Shown here: in pieces, positions 39,690 through 52,282 of the stretch | Position numbering within the stretch: position 1 is the first letter of the stretch | Layout: every line of letters starts with the position of its first letter | Source: Chrysomallon squamiferum | Taxonomy: Eukaryota; Animalia; Mollusca | Length of the DNA: 64,000 nt | Direction: 5' to 3' | NCBI GenBank assembly: GCA_012295275.1 | Contig: CM022673.1 | Coordinates: 16,368,001 to 16,432,000, forward strand | Made by a program: the position numbers and the translations under genes | The notes under the pieces: model-generated | Database searches by the model: none | What the model was told of the DNA's origin: nothing | The model's input: the letters and a program-made list of their open reading frames with translations, nothing else

Positions 39690-42630
39690 AATAAATAAAT
39701 AATAATTATAGCAAGTTGAAATTTTTTTATTTGCAGCATAAAAGCATATTTTGATAATTATGTTCAGAATATTTATTTTAATTTATATTTATTACTAATT
39801 ATATTTTTAAAAACAACAAATAAATAAAATAAAACAATATTCAATAACTAAATAAAATGAAATAATAAATAAATACAAAATAAAATAATGTAAAATAAAT
39901 AAATAAATAAATAAAATTGTATTAAAGTGCTATGCTTTGCTGTAGACTATATATTGTCCCTTCTTAAGGAGAGTTTAGCTGTTTCTGTTTATTTCACATA
40001 CAATATGCAGAAACCACTATCAACATGCACATCTAGTGTTTACACAGCTCTTGTTTAATTCACTACTAAATATCAGTTATTGATACATATCACATAAGAA
40101 GAAAAAAGAAGAAAAAGAAGAAAGAAAATCACAGTTTTCACACTTTTATGTAATAATTGGAAACATTATTAAACTATTGTGAAAACAAAACCAAATAAAC
40201 AGCTTTTGGGTACTTTAATATCCTAACCTTGACCCTTAACTCTTGACCTGGCAACTATATCATTCCTGACTTTGGCTGCTAGTGTTATCTATGTGTTAAG
40301 TATGAAATGTTTGTAATATAATAATCACAGATCAGTAATTAGTAACAATATAAAACAATACCATTGTGAATTGATCTTGACCTGCAAGGCATCTAATAAC
40401 AAAAGCAAAATGTTAATCTTTGATATTCATTAAACTTGTATTTAACATTGTTATGCAAAACGGCAACATGGTGAAACATGGTGAAACAACCTTAATGGCA
40501 TTTCAGAATTATCTGTATTGATCTTAGATATTATATTCAACATTCATATGTAATATCAGTAGCATGATGAAACAGCTTTGACCTTCATAGCATTTGACTT
40601 TAAAAAGCTGTATTGATCTTTTGTATTGATAAGAACTGTCAAATTTAATTTTCATATGTAATGGGAATAAGCTTCCAAGTTTAAAACATTGCAATGAACA
40701 GTTTCCTCTTTAACATTAAGAAATAAACAAAATGGTTACTTTAGAGACAACATCAGGGAAAAAGAATCAGAAAGAACTGCAGTTGTATAAAAGTATGGTA
40801 ATACCACTGGTGTGACAGTTACAGCTTGAAGGTCCCTTATCTGAAATTCTGATATCCCAAAAGCTCCAAAATCCAAAATTTTTGTTTGGTGGTAGCAGAT
40901 TTTGGAATGTTTTGGATACTCAGATTATTAAAAATATTATAAAAAAAAAATCCTGCTAACTATTTGTATAAGCTGTATATTCTCAGGTTATGTCAACATT
41001 TTGCAAAATCCAAAAAATTCTGAAATCCAAAATATTTACTATTTGTTTCTTAAAAAATGTATCACTGTTTTATTCTTCACTGTCGTGGAAACATGTATTA
41101 TTCTCTTTTTTTATGGAAACATTTTTCTGGTTGCTATGGAATAGTCTCTCATTCTGATTGTAATATTGGAATCTTTTAGCATTAGCAAAAGGCTTATATT
41201 GAGACATCTACCATAGAAATAACAATCAGTAATAATAGTCTATAGTACTAATTATTATTAAAACTGATTCGCATGAATATTTCTTTTAATGTTTATTTTA
41301 ATTAACATAAGGTAGAGAACTTTTAAGGAGTTAAGATATTAAGAATTGTTTCCCTTGAATAGATGAAAACTAATCATTAATGAAAGTAAAAAATTAAACT
41401 TTCTAAAATAACAGAAAGCATATTATTTTCATGTTATTTAAAATGAAAGAAAGTTCAGGAATTCTGATTGTAAATTAAAAATATAAATGACAAATTAATG
41501 AGTATCTACAGCAGAATGATAAAACATTGTTATAAACACAGTTTATAAAATAATTTAACATTATTTTTATGTTCTGTCAAATAAAAGGTTAAAATTTGTG
41601 CAGACTTGCATTTGGCCAGATGCCTAAAACAACAAACAATGCTTTTTGTTAATAATGGGTTTTCTTTCTCACGTCATCATTATATTATAAGACATATAAT
41701 TAGCAGCTTATAACAATTATTATTAAATTATACGGATGTTTTGGTAATCTCAGCATCTTTTTATTTTATGCTTGGTTACAAGTGAAGATCTATTTATTCA
41801 GTTTTGTTTCTGCATTTAATAACTTTCTTTTTTCTTTTCCTTCTTTTTATTATTATTATTTTTTTTTATAATCTAGAAACTAACAAATAATTTATTTATT
41901 TTCAACAGATTACCAAAATTATTCATATGGAGACAGTTTCAGCAGAAAAAGATTACCAAAATTAATATTTATATTTTCTTAATGTTTTTGTTTTTTTAAC
42001 TTGTAACATTTATTTTTATTACTATTATTTTCATTTATTTTTTAGCTTCTCATAGTCCAAAGACTAGAAGGAAGAAACTGAATTCAAGAATGAAAAGTTT
42101 TTCTCTCGATACCCCTGAAGCACCAAAACAGTTGCTTGCCATAGATGAGAATACCAAAAAGAAAAGCAGCTCCTTTACTAACACATGCTTTGGAGGTATC
42201 TTCGTCACTAGAATATTAGTCTTTTATTAGTTAGTTTAGTCACTTAATGTCTACTAATTAACTTAGCCATAGATTCTACTAATTTATTTATTCATTCACT
42301 TGATATTTACCCGTTCATTTAGTCACTTAATATATTCTCATTTATTTACATAACTTTTACTTTATTTTTGTTAATTATTTAGCACAGTCACAAAATATTT
42401 ACTTATTTGTTTGCACAACAATAACATATAGTAAATATATCAGTCATTAGTTTACAGTGAAAAATCTGTATTCTGCTAAAAACAAAATATCATATTTAAA
42501 AAGAAAAGGGAAATAACTCATTTTTAAATGTCTTATTGGAATAACAATATTTTCTGTTTCTAAATAAAAATTATATTAGTTTTATGAATATATGCACCAA
42601 AAATGAATGAAAGAAACAAATTTTATTATG

Positions 42631-42711
<81 letters not shown>

Positions 42712-45700
42712 GTTATAGTTATTAAATTAAAAAAAAGATTTCATAAAAAATATTTTGGAATTGTTCAGATATTTTTTCTTTGATGTAAAATTAAGTCTAC
42801 AGATTTGATGTTTAAACTGGTGGCTGATTTTCAATGTTTATGTAGATGTAGTATGTAGACATATCACACCATTTTTTTCATTTAGGCTGTTTTTTATCAC
42901 ACATTTTTGTTTGACTTCTTCACTTATTGATAACTTCGCCTTCATACTTCATCCAAGAAAAGATTAGAAAATCCATTTACAACACTAAAATCAACCCACA
43001 GAAAATTTAATCAGAATTTATATCTATTTTAAATATATTGATAAAAATAAATCACTTTAAAGTGAAAAAATCAACTATGATAAATTGTTCAAAAAAAAAA
43101 AAAAAAAGTAAATAAATAAATAAATAAAAAAAAAAAAAAAATAATAATAATATTTAAAAAATAGTAATAATTTTATATAAATTATATAAAATGAAAGATA
43201 AAAAATGAAAGGGATTTTCAGAGAAAAATTGGAAAAAAATATTTTATTAAACAAATAATGGACAGAATATTTTTAAAATAATATTATTTATAATTTTTAA
43301 AAATCCATTGTTCCATATGGAGGAAAATTTGTTGATCAATCCACGACAAACATGCTTAAACATTTCTGTGATAGAATATATATAAAAATTACTTTTATAT
43401 CATTTCCCCAAAATATCTGCTATGATTTCACTAACAAAAAGATATAATATCAGTGTAACTCATTTTCCCTAACTATTATTAAAAATGTCACCACAAGAGT
43501 ATTAAAAAAGCTCCTTGTTTTTCACGTACAATACTCATTTCTGAATTTTTGGGTGAGCTGTGATTGTCACTGATTTTCACACTAATAGGTGCTAGGATCA
43601 ATTCTGAGCTCATTTTTTAATCAATGAGAAAAAATTGGAGATGGAACAAAAACAAACAATAATAATCTTCTCTACTCTGTAAATAAGTAATGTTAAGAGC
43701 CCTGGGCTTCTGGATTTTGTGCCCTTGAAATTTGTGTTAGAACATTCTGTAGAGAAGTCTACATTCCAAAATGGTTGACTGATACTTGTCATGTTAAATC
43801 ATTGTTAGCTTCACATCATACTTAGTGCTTGCTTTCCTCATTATGCACAGCAACTACAGCAACACCCAGTTTTGTGACACCTCAAAGTCCACAGAAGAGT
43901 CGCAGAAAGAAACTGAACTCTAGAATGAAGAGTCTTTCATTAGATGCGCCAGATGTCCCAAAACAACTTCTAGCCATCGATGAAAATACAAAAAAGAAAA
44001 GCAGCTCTTTCAATGCATATACTTGTTTTGGAGGTAGTACTGTATTTATTTATTTATATTTTGTTTGGTTGTTTGAAATGTTTTGGATATCAGTTACTAT
44101 TAAATTTCCTTTTATTTTAGTTTTATATATATATATAAAAATCCAATCGTTTTAAAAGTTTTTTTACTTTAAAAATAATAATTTTATTTGCATTAACTTG
44201 GTAGAAATCCATTATTTATGGTTTGGGAGATTGTTTCTTTGTTTTATTTAGTTTTATTTTGTTTGGTTTTGTTTTTAGCTTTAGATTTAGTTTGTAATGT
44301 TTTAGAAACTGTACATTATTGGTATATATTTTGTTTTTTATTTTTATCTAAAACCCTGAATTTTTTTGTATTTTTTAAATAATTTTATAATACAAATTTT
44401 ATTTTGTTTCTTAAATTTTAATTTACCTTCTTATATTGTTTTTTAGTTTTCAGATCTTGTTTTGATATTTATCATTTTTATTTCCATCAAAAATAAATTT
44501 ATTTATTTATTTATTTATTTTATCATAGCATTAATAAAAAAAATAATCTCTTTTATTAAGTGTAAATTTACACTCTTTTTTATTTTAGCTGATATTTTGT
44601 TCTTTTATTTTTCATTGTTTTAAAAGTTAAAAAGTCCATACTTATATTATTAATATTTTACATATTTATACCTTTATTATTTATTTTTATTCTTTAATTT
44701 GATTTTCATTTATTGGCATTATTTATTTACTCTATTTTTAAATTAACATTAAAAAATGTATTCATTTCTTTAATTTTTATTTTACACTTTTACATTTGAT
44801 TGTTGATTTTATATTTTATTTTGCATTTTCATATTTGATTTTTGTATTTATATTTTATTTACCCTCTTGTATTTGATTTTAGCTTAGACATTTATTATTT
44901 ATTTTTGATTCCTGCTCTTAGCTCCAAAAAGTCCCAGTGAGTTACCTCCCCAGACTACAATGAGAACACAAAAAAAGAAGTTAAACTTACAAATGAAAAG
45001 TCACTCACTAGATATTCCCTTCATGTCATCCATTGACGAAACTTGCCAAAAGAAATCAAGATTTATTTTCAGTTTGTCCAAAGGTTTGAATCTTGACTGG
45101 TTCTGTTTTTTTTTTAATTATTATTTTTTACTGCATGAGCCATTTTGTGATAGAATCATCTTCTTTACATAGTAATATGTAAAATCTTTTAAAATAAATT
45201 TAGTTGTAATTATAATAATGATAATAATATATACATGTACAAAATAATAATAATGATAAATAAATAAATAAAGAATATTAATTAATCAGTAAATAATAGT
45301 AAATAAAGGTATTAATTAATCAGTAAATAATAGTAAATAAATGTATTAATTAATTAACTAAATGAAAAAAATATTTATTATAAATATCTTCAATTACAAA
45401 GTAACTTTCAAAATAAAATTATAAAATTATAATCATAAAATATGATAGAAAACTTTGTTTAATATAAATATAATATTTAAAAGAAATAATTATAATTGTT
45501 TTCAGTTATTAAAACATCATCTAAACAAATAAAAAATAAATTCATAATTATCAGTTTATCTGTCAATGATAATAAACTGTAAACTTAATATTAATATTGT
45601 AAAATGCGCTTACTTTTAATTTTTCAAGATTTGCTTATATAGCAGATAATTAATTTTATTTTAAAATCACTAAATATAAATAATAATAGTATAGACTAAA

Positions 45701-47960
45701 TAAATATGTAAATTGTTTCTGATTCAAATATTTCTCAGTATTATTATGCATGTTTATCTTTATAAATCTTTTAATCTGTTTTCAAATTTCTTCAAATCTT
45801 TTCTAGCTTTTCTTTCAGAGTCGATGTTATTATCATTCATGTTAAATAAATATTTTTTTTTATTCCATGTAACCACCATCCATGAACTGCTTCATCAGTT
45901 ATGAACTACATTCTGTTATATTTTTCTAATATTCTTTATATGTATTTTTTCATGCAGAATATTAAAAGATATTTTGTTTTTGTTTTTATTCTAGATACTA
46001 TTTTTTATATTTTAACATTTACATGAGAATTTAATTTGTTATGAATATATTTTAATTATTATACTTCATTTATGAATTCTTCAAGTCAGGCAAATATGGG
46101 ATTTTATTTTATTAATATTTTCATAAACACGGGTTGATAATGTGATTTCAGATATTTCAGATATTTTTGAAATTAACTTTTTTTTTTTTTATTTATTTTA
46201 TTATTATTATTTTTAAAATTAATTTTTATTATTTTTTTAATTATTATTTTAATTTATTTATTCATTTTTATTATTTCTTTTAACTTTTAATTATTATATT
46301 ATTATTATTACTATTATATTTTATTATTTTATTATTATTTTTCATTTATTAATTTAATACAAACTATTCTATTCTTATTACACATTTTATCTTACTCTTT
46401 GCACCATTTTTAAAAATATATTTGTTTGTACATTCTGTCTAATATACCTTGTATACTTTCAACTGATTGTTTTATTTATTCTTCAGATCATTATTTGCTA
46501 AAGATAAAGTATTAAAATTATTTCTGCTAAATGTTGCACTGGTATATCTATGCTTTTTAATTCCTGTTATAATATTATTTAAAAAAAATAAAAAATAAAA
46601 AAAATATGTATTTTGCAAATATCTATACTTTCCATTGCTTATTCAAATATTTTTTTCATCTTTTCATTTCTAATTTGTTTATTTTTTAAATTATTTTTTA
46701 AAATGTTGAACACTTTTAAAAGACAATAATGTTTTGCAATTCTATTATATTTCTCTGGCTTGATATTTTAAAGTTAATTTTATTTTTTAACAAAAAAGAA
46801 AGCAGAGATAAAAAAAATATAGGTAATCTAATATTTCTTACTTAACATTTTATTCTTAGTAGTTACAAGCCCAATAGATAGTACAATATCAGCATCAGGA
46901 GCAAGAAAGAAGTTAGGATTCAACATGAGATCAAGCTCTTTAGAAATAGAGGAAACAAAGAAACGCAACTCTAGTCTCTCCCCACTTCATTCTCCTGTAA
47001 GCACTTTCAGCATTCTTTTCTTTCTTTGTTTATTTAAAACGATCTTTTATACAAGTTTCTTTTATATAATATTTTACTTAGTGTTATAAAGAATATTTTT
47101 GTTTGAAATTAGTATTAAATATATTTTTTTTTATTTTAAATAATAATACATTTTTTAAAAAAGGTAAATATGTCAAAAATATCATTATGCTAATTAATCA
47201 AAATAGTTTTTTTCTTCTTTAATATACTAAAATAATTTTGAACATTGTAATCACTTATAATAAAATGATTAAGATTTAAATATATCATTCATTAATTATT
47301 ATTTTCATTTATAATTTATTTTATTTAGAAATCAAAAGGGAAGGAAGCAGACACATATGTAGTGTTGTATAATTTTAAGGGAAAAGAAAAAGATGACATG
47401 GATCTCAGGTATTAATAGTTGACAAACATTTATTAATAAAACATACAAATAAAAATTAAATAATAAAATAAAACAAAATATTAATAAATTAAATGAAGTT
47501 CCACTGAAATAAAAATATATAAACAAAAACAAAACTTCCACCCCTCAAAAAATTAACATAAAAATTTAAATAAAATAAAGCAAAAACATGTAAAAATAAA
47601 ATAAAATGAAATAAAATAAAATTAAAATTAAATTAAAGAATGAAATATAGCAAAAAAATAATTTAAAATAAACAAAAGAAAATTTTACAAAATGAAACAA
47701 ACAAAAAAAGAAGATAATAAAACATTAAAATAAAATGTAACATAACATAATGAAAACAAAATAATGATAAAAATAATAATAAAAATAATAAAATGGAATA
47801 AAATAAAGTTAAAAAAAAAAAAAGTGACATAATAAAATGAATAAATAAACAAAATAGAATAATATAAAATAAAATAAAACAAACAAAAAATCCAACAAAA
47901 CAAACAAAACGAAGTAAAAATAAAATCAACTATAATAAAATATAACCATACAAACAGTAC

Positions 47961-47991
<31 letters not shown>

Positions 47992-49559
47992 TAAACAAAA
48001 AACAACAAAAAAAACCAAAAAGAAAAAAATCATAAAACAAAAATAAAATTGAAAAACTTAAAATAAACAGAATGTTTAAAAGAGTAGGAGATGGATAATA
48101 TATTTAATAATCTGAATAAGAGGAATAATGTTTACTGGTTTGTTTCAGAGCTGGTTGGAGAGTCACTGTTACTAACAGTTCTGATCCAGACTGGTGGAAG
48201 GTGAGATCTTAAAAATTATTATTACTGGAATTTTTTTTATTAATATTACATTTATCATCATTTATTGTTATTGGAGTAATAGTAACAACAAAAACAACAT
48301 AAAAAAAAATTACAACAGCAATAAAAATAAATTAATAAGCAAAACTAGAATACAAAATCTGTTTACATTTTACTTTTAGCTGGGTTTTTTTTTTTTCTTT
48401 TATTTATTTATTATTATTTTTTTTTATTAAACAAAGAATATTAAGGTCATAACATCAATATATTTTCAATTAAATTTCTTACATGAGTGAAAATATGTTG
48501 TTACTTTTCTGTAAACAATTTTTCTTTTTATGAAAACTACTTTGATTTTGTCACAATATTTTCTAAACTACTAGTTACAGGTTATAAATGTTTAATGTTA
48601 TTTCAGGGAAAATGCAATGGGAAATCTGGATATTTTCCATCAACATATGTACAAAAGATTCAACCTGGTCAGCGTGTCTTTCAAGTTCAACAGACCATGA
48701 ACCTCACAGAAAAAGATCTTGGCTTTAGTATGAGGCTGCATAAAGATCAGGTACTGAGTTCAATTCTTATGACCAGTATATTTTATGTATTATCAGAAAT
48801 ATTAAAAATCATCTTAATAATTTAATTTTTTATTTAGGTTAATAACAAACAAATATGAATATATTTTAGACAGTAATATACAAAAATAAATAACTAAATA
48901 GAAAAAAAAAAAATTAAATTTAAAAAAAATTAAATTAAATTAACTGAAATAAAATAAATAAATAAATAAAAAATTAAATTAAATTAACTGAAATAAAATA
49001 AATAAATAAATAAAAAATTAAATTAAATTAACTGAAATAAAATAAATAAATAATGCACAAAATAAAAAAGATAATAATACTGCAAATATTTTACAAAATT
49101 ATTTCACTCATTTTAGTTTTCAAAATTAATTAATATCAAACAAATATTTTCAGTTTTATCAATTTTAAATCATAATATTTGGTTAATCTCTGATCTTTCA
49201 GAACAAAATTTCAATTTCAAAATTTAAACTGCTAAACATTTTGAACTATAAAATAACTATATATATAAAAAGTGTCTATCAAAATTTTTTTGGTCTGAAT
49301 GCTTGACATTATTCTCATTATTACAATTATTACTATTATTATTATATTATAATATTATCATTATTATTATTATTATTATTATTATGATTATTATTATTAT
49401 TATTATTATTATTTGTATATTTTTGTGACTAACAATTAAGAACTGGACAATTTACAGATAGTATTTCAAGTTGGAGAGGAAACTGATGGGTTGATTCATG
49501 TGCAAGCACCAAACAAAAAACAAGCTATGTGTCCTGTGACGTTCTTGAAGGAAGTTTAA
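23226..49559 (+). CDS. STAC: STAC-family (SH3 and cysteine-rich domain / Dstac-like) adaptor, spliced CDS: join(23226-23372,25170-25236,29539-29685,42046-42195,43851-44033,44922-45083,46860-46996,47329-47408,48149-48200,48607-48750,49458-49559); 5' end uncertain
   Basis: All 11 exons have AG acceptors, and the 10 non-terminal exons have GT donors with matching phases. The join gives an uninterrupted 1371-nt frame. The C-terminus TYVVLYNFKGKEKDDMDLRAGWRVTVTNSSDPDWWKGKCNGKSGYFPSTYVQKIQPGQRVFQV...LHKDQIVFQVGEETDGLIHVQAPNKKQAMCPVTFLKEV* is the tandem SH3 pair typical of STAC proteins. The linker has KEIDPVYSLLK, resembling vertebrate STAC KVDPVYETLR. Confidence 0.9.
25170..25236 (+). CDS. STAC: STAC-like exon, phase 0-1: TKKGSLIKRKDSKDQEEPEEEI
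   Basis: ttttAG acceptor, gtaagt donor, purine-rich, bridges phase 0 to phase 1. Confidence 0.85.
29539..29685 (+). CDS. STAC: STAC-like exon, phase 1-1: (C)KEIDPVYSLLKCAADLPKASKSACSVSSKHGSHDSSGNTSKTSSPSSS
   Basis: GC-rich island, ctaac branch-like site at 29511, ttcaAG acceptor, CAG|gtacca donor; DPVY motif of the STAC linker. Confidence 0.88.
30340..30700. repeat. ~22-bp degenerate minisatellite (tcaagttgttactggatacact)
   Basis: Recurrent tcaagtt core at regular spacing. Confidence 0.8.
31591..31660. repeat. (AG)n microsatellite; another at 32577-32640
   Basis: Directly visible. Confidence 0.98.
32790..33722. repeat. ~27-bp minisatellite (gaagtagtattatgtaaattagttatt)
   Basis: Many tandem copies, most regular at 33040-33720; ends just before candidate exon 33757. 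Confidence 0.9.
33757..33839 (+). CDS. candidate alternative terminal exon A, phase 1: (D)PLHNCHCGSSGCSCPCHRKTTDKKPK*
   Basis: ctgac branch-like site + tttgtttcAG acceptor, GC-rich island in an AT-rich intron, phase matches the 29685 donor, no good downstream donor. Confidence 0.55.
35051..35178 (+). CDS. candidate alternative terminal exon B, phase 1: (G)EGQGDLLKPETVAQGLGSDFKQFYKLTSPAKKSSSVLDSFF*
   Basis: Long T tract + ttttAG|G acceptor, coding-like composition, open in the phase matching the 29685 donor, ends in TGA. Confidence 0.65.
39446..39451 (+). terminator. candidate intronic poly(A) signal for a short isoform
   Basis: AATAAA followed by a GT-rich tract (tgttgtcttgttttttgttg), at the end of a T-rich UTR-like stretch after exon 35051. 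Confidence 0.3.
39602..39680. repeat. (AAT)n microsatellite; (ATT)n also at 42631-42710
   Basis: Directly visible. Confidence 0.98.
40822..41040 (+). mobile_element. Tigger/pogo-type non-autonomous DNA transposon (MITE) remnant, 3'-truncated
   Basis: Starts TA|CAG, then cccttatctgaaat, gctccaaaatccaaaattttt, an inverted cagattttgga...tttggatactca, and aaaatccaaaaaattctgaaatccaaaa. From memory this resembles the Tigger4/MER46 organisation; not searched. Confidence 0.55.
42046..42195 (+). CDS. STAC: STAC-like linker repeat exon R1, phase 1-1: (A)SHSPKTRRKKLNSRMKSFSLDTPEAPKQLLAIDENTKKKSSSFTNTCFG
   Basis: tttAG acceptor, GAG|gtatct donor, 150 nt; paralogous to the next three exons. Confidence 0.88.
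43851..44033 (+). CDS. STAC: STAC-like linker repeat exon R2, phase 1-1: (A)TTATPSFVTPQSPQKSRRKKLNSRMKSLSLDAPDVPKQLLAIDENTKKKSSSFNAYTCFG
   Basis: cacAG acceptor (alternative in-frame AG at 43858-43859), GAG|gtagta donor, 183 nt; 33/37 aa identical to R1 in the core. Confidence 0.88.
44922..45083 (+). CDS. STAC: STAC-like linker repeat exon R3, phase 1-1: (A)PKSPSELPPQTTMRTQKKKLNLQMKSHSLDIPFMSSIDETCQKKSRFIFSLSK
   Basis: ctcttAG acceptor, AAG|gtttga donor, 162 nt; carries the KKLNxxMKSxSLD...IDE..KKS motif. Confidence 0.8.
46860..46996 (+). CDS. STAC: STAC-like linker repeat exon R4, phase 1-0: (V)VTSPIDSTISASGARKKLGFNMRSSSLEIEETKKRNSSLSPLHSP
   Basis: TAGTAG (NAGNAG) acceptor, gtaagc donor; needed to return to phase 0 for the SH3 exon. 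Confidence 0.85.
47329..47408 (+). CDS. STAC: SH3-1 first part, phase 0-2: KSKGKEADTYVVLYNFKGKEKDDMDL(R)
   Basis: tttAG acceptor, CAG|gtatta donor; SH3 ALYDF-like signature YVVLYNF. Confidence 0.92.
48149..48200 (+). CDS. STAC: SH3-1 middle, phase 2-0: AGWRVTVTNSSDPDWWK
   Basis: tttcAG acceptor, AAG|gtgaga donor; SH3 WW motif. Confidence 0.92.
48607..48750 (+). CDS. STAC: SH3-1 end and SH3-2 start, phase 0-0: GKCNGKSGYFPSTYVQKIQPGQRVFQVQQTMNLTEKDLGFSMRLHKDQ
   Basis: tttcAG acceptor, CAG|gtactg donor; GxFPxxYV SH3 motif. Confidence 0.93.
48920..49052. repeat. 44-bp unit x3 (aaattaaattaaattaactgaaataaaataaataaataaataaa)
   Basis: taactg at 48941, 48985, 49029. Confidence 0.9.
49458..49559 (+). 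CDS. STAC: terminal coding exon, SH3-2 end: IVFQVGEETDGLIHVQAPNKKQAMCPVTFLKEV*
   Basis: TGACTAAC branch point at 49426-49433, tttacAG acceptor, TAA stop; aligns with the STAC C-terminus pattern KDQIV.Q.G.E..G......FL.E[IV]. Confidence 0.92.
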   Translation: MVFQVGEETDGLIHVQAPNKKQAMCPVTFLKEV

Positions 49560-49611
49560 AATAGTCGGCCATTTTGACAAAACCCAGATGAACTGAATCA
49601 CTTCTGGTTAT

Positions 49612-49612
49612 A

Positions 49613-49668
<56 letters not shown>

Positions 49669-49730
49669 TGTTATTATTATTATTATTATTGCTATTGTTT
49701 TTATTATTGGTATTATTATTATTGTTGTTG

Positions 49731-49770
<40 letters not shown>

Positions 49771-49831
49771 TGTTATTTTTATTTTTATTAGTTTTGTTGT
49801 TGTTATTATTATTAACCCTTATTACAATTAC

Positions 49832-49877
<46 letters not shown>

Positions 49878-50123
49878 GTTGTTGTTATGTTTTATTTAAA
49901 TGAGCCTTCCTGCATTTAATTATGGACTGAAATTTAAAAAGTATTATGAAACAAATCTGTAGCTGAGATTTCTGTGTGCGCTGAAGAGTGACAGAGGCAG
50001 CAGAGTATGTCTGCTGTGTTCTCACATTTGCAGTTGTAAAAAACTGACAGGGTTTGTTGAGTTTTGAAATTATTTATTTTTTATTTATTCATTTCTTTCT
50101 TTATTTATTATTATTGTCTTATA

Positions 50124-50162
<39 letters not shown>

Positions 50163-50357
50163 TATTATTGATATTATTATTATTATTGTCTTTATATTTA
50201 TTATTATATTATTACTATGATATTATTATTATTATTATCATTATTACTATTATTATTGTTTTTGTTATTTGTAATAGTATATTACTGAGGTTAATAAGTA
50301 TTATTCATACTTTTATTATTTTTATGATTGATTGATTTTATTATTATTATTATTATT

Positions 50358-50413
<56 letters not shown>

Positions 50414-50420
50414 TATTATT
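49612..50420. repeat. (ATT/GTT)n and (CAT)n triplet tracts in the proximal 3' UTR
   Basis: Directly visible, beginning ~50 nt after the stop codon. Confidence 0.95.
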
Positions 50421-52276
50421 CCATTCCATTCGCAAGAATTTGTGATATCAATTTAGTGATATCATTATTCCAAATGAATGAATGAACAAAGATTGATACA
50501 TTTTTAAAGTTTCACAGAATGAATGCAGAGAAAACATTTATAAAAAAAAGTCAAAACAATCAAAGTGAAATGGCTTTAAAGAAAATACTTCTGTACAATG
50601 ACATTGTTCAGTGTATTATAATAAAAATGCAGAGACAATCTTGCACACCAGATTTGTTTTGATATTAATTTTAGCTAAGCTTATTTCAGAACAATTTAAT
50701 TGGTTTCACATTTATGAATTTATATTTATTAAATTTGTTGTTATTTTTGTTTTAAATTTAACACAATAAATGATCTCATGATAAGCAAAGTGTTAATTAT
50801 TCTTAAACATATTATCAAATAGAAAATACCAATCTAACATTTTAGTTTTTATTGATATTCATACAACAGAGAATATAAGTATTCATTTTATATATTGTTT
50901 ATGATTACACATCACTTTTTTTAATAGTTTGAATGTCATAAAATTTTAGGAGCTAGAATCTTACAATATTTTTTTCTACTCATGAATGTAATAGTTTTGG
51001 AATATCACTTAATTAGTATTATTGCCAAAAACATTCAGCACTAGGATTATACAATATCACATATTTTTTTCCCCATGACTTTAATAGTACTTAATATGTG
51101 TCATCATTCCAGTTTAGAAATTAACCAATGAATTGTCATCCCTAAGACATCTAACAATGAAATATATTTTTAGTATTAAAATATTCAACAGTCTTAGAAC
51201 AGAACTTCATGTGTATTATCATTCAAAATAATAATTTTATTATTAAATTTTTTATATATATATATATATATCAGTATCACACTACTTATCTAGTTTTCAG
51301 TATAAACATAAAACTGTAGATTATCATTCATTGAATTTTTGGTATTGAAATATCCAGTATGAGTCTACTTAAATGATTTTTCATACTTTATTCTATCAAT
51401 ATAAATTGATTTTGGTTATATACATATATGTAATATATGTTGCATACTGATAAATTCAGAATTATGTTGTCATTCTATATTAAAGATTATATATATCATT
51501 TAACAAACAGAAGACATTATTATCGATTTTCATTTGTAATTATATACTGTAAGTTCACTTTATATTTGCAGTATGTAAAACTGATGATATGTAACTGTAG
51601 CATAGTAAATATAATGGATATTTTACTCATTTACTAAAAATAAAAATTCATGCTAGAATAATGCAGCAAAATGTATTTTATTCGCATGACAGTCCTAGAA
51701 CTGTATCATCAAAGTATTATCCTGTATATGTATGTACAGAAAAAATATAGATGCGTCAACTTCTCTCTCTTCATCTATCTATCTATCTATATATATATAT
51801 ATATATAATGTGTGTGTGTGTGTATATATATACATACACACGTTTAATTAACTCCGATTTCATACTCATTTCAAAACATTCTCATCATAATCTTGTTATA
51901 AATAATATTTATTGCATAATTTTTGTTTCACCATTAAAAACTATACACCTTCAAACACTGACAATCATTTTGTGTGCCAATTCATTACATCAAAATATTC
52001 ACATTTCCATTTAATTTGAATTATTTTAATCAAGAATACTCCTTATCAGTGTACTTAGATTCTTGTCGAATCTGCTATGAAATTTTAAATTTAAAGCAGA
52101 AGCAGGGTATATGAAGTATATATTACATAATATATACATAATGAGTGATATAGAAAATAATACACTATAGATTAAATTAAATATTCTACGTATTAATATT
52201 ATAGTTAATTTTATTATATATTTGAATTTAAGTGAGTATGATAGGTGTGTAACATATGAAATGTTAAACAGTTATA

Positions 52277-52282
52277 AATAAA
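52277..52282 (+). terminator. candidate poly(A) signal of the full-length STAC-like mRNA (alternative at 52962-52967)
   Basis: AATAAA followed by tttgtgtttgtg; AATAAA is common by chance in this composition. Confidence 0.25.
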
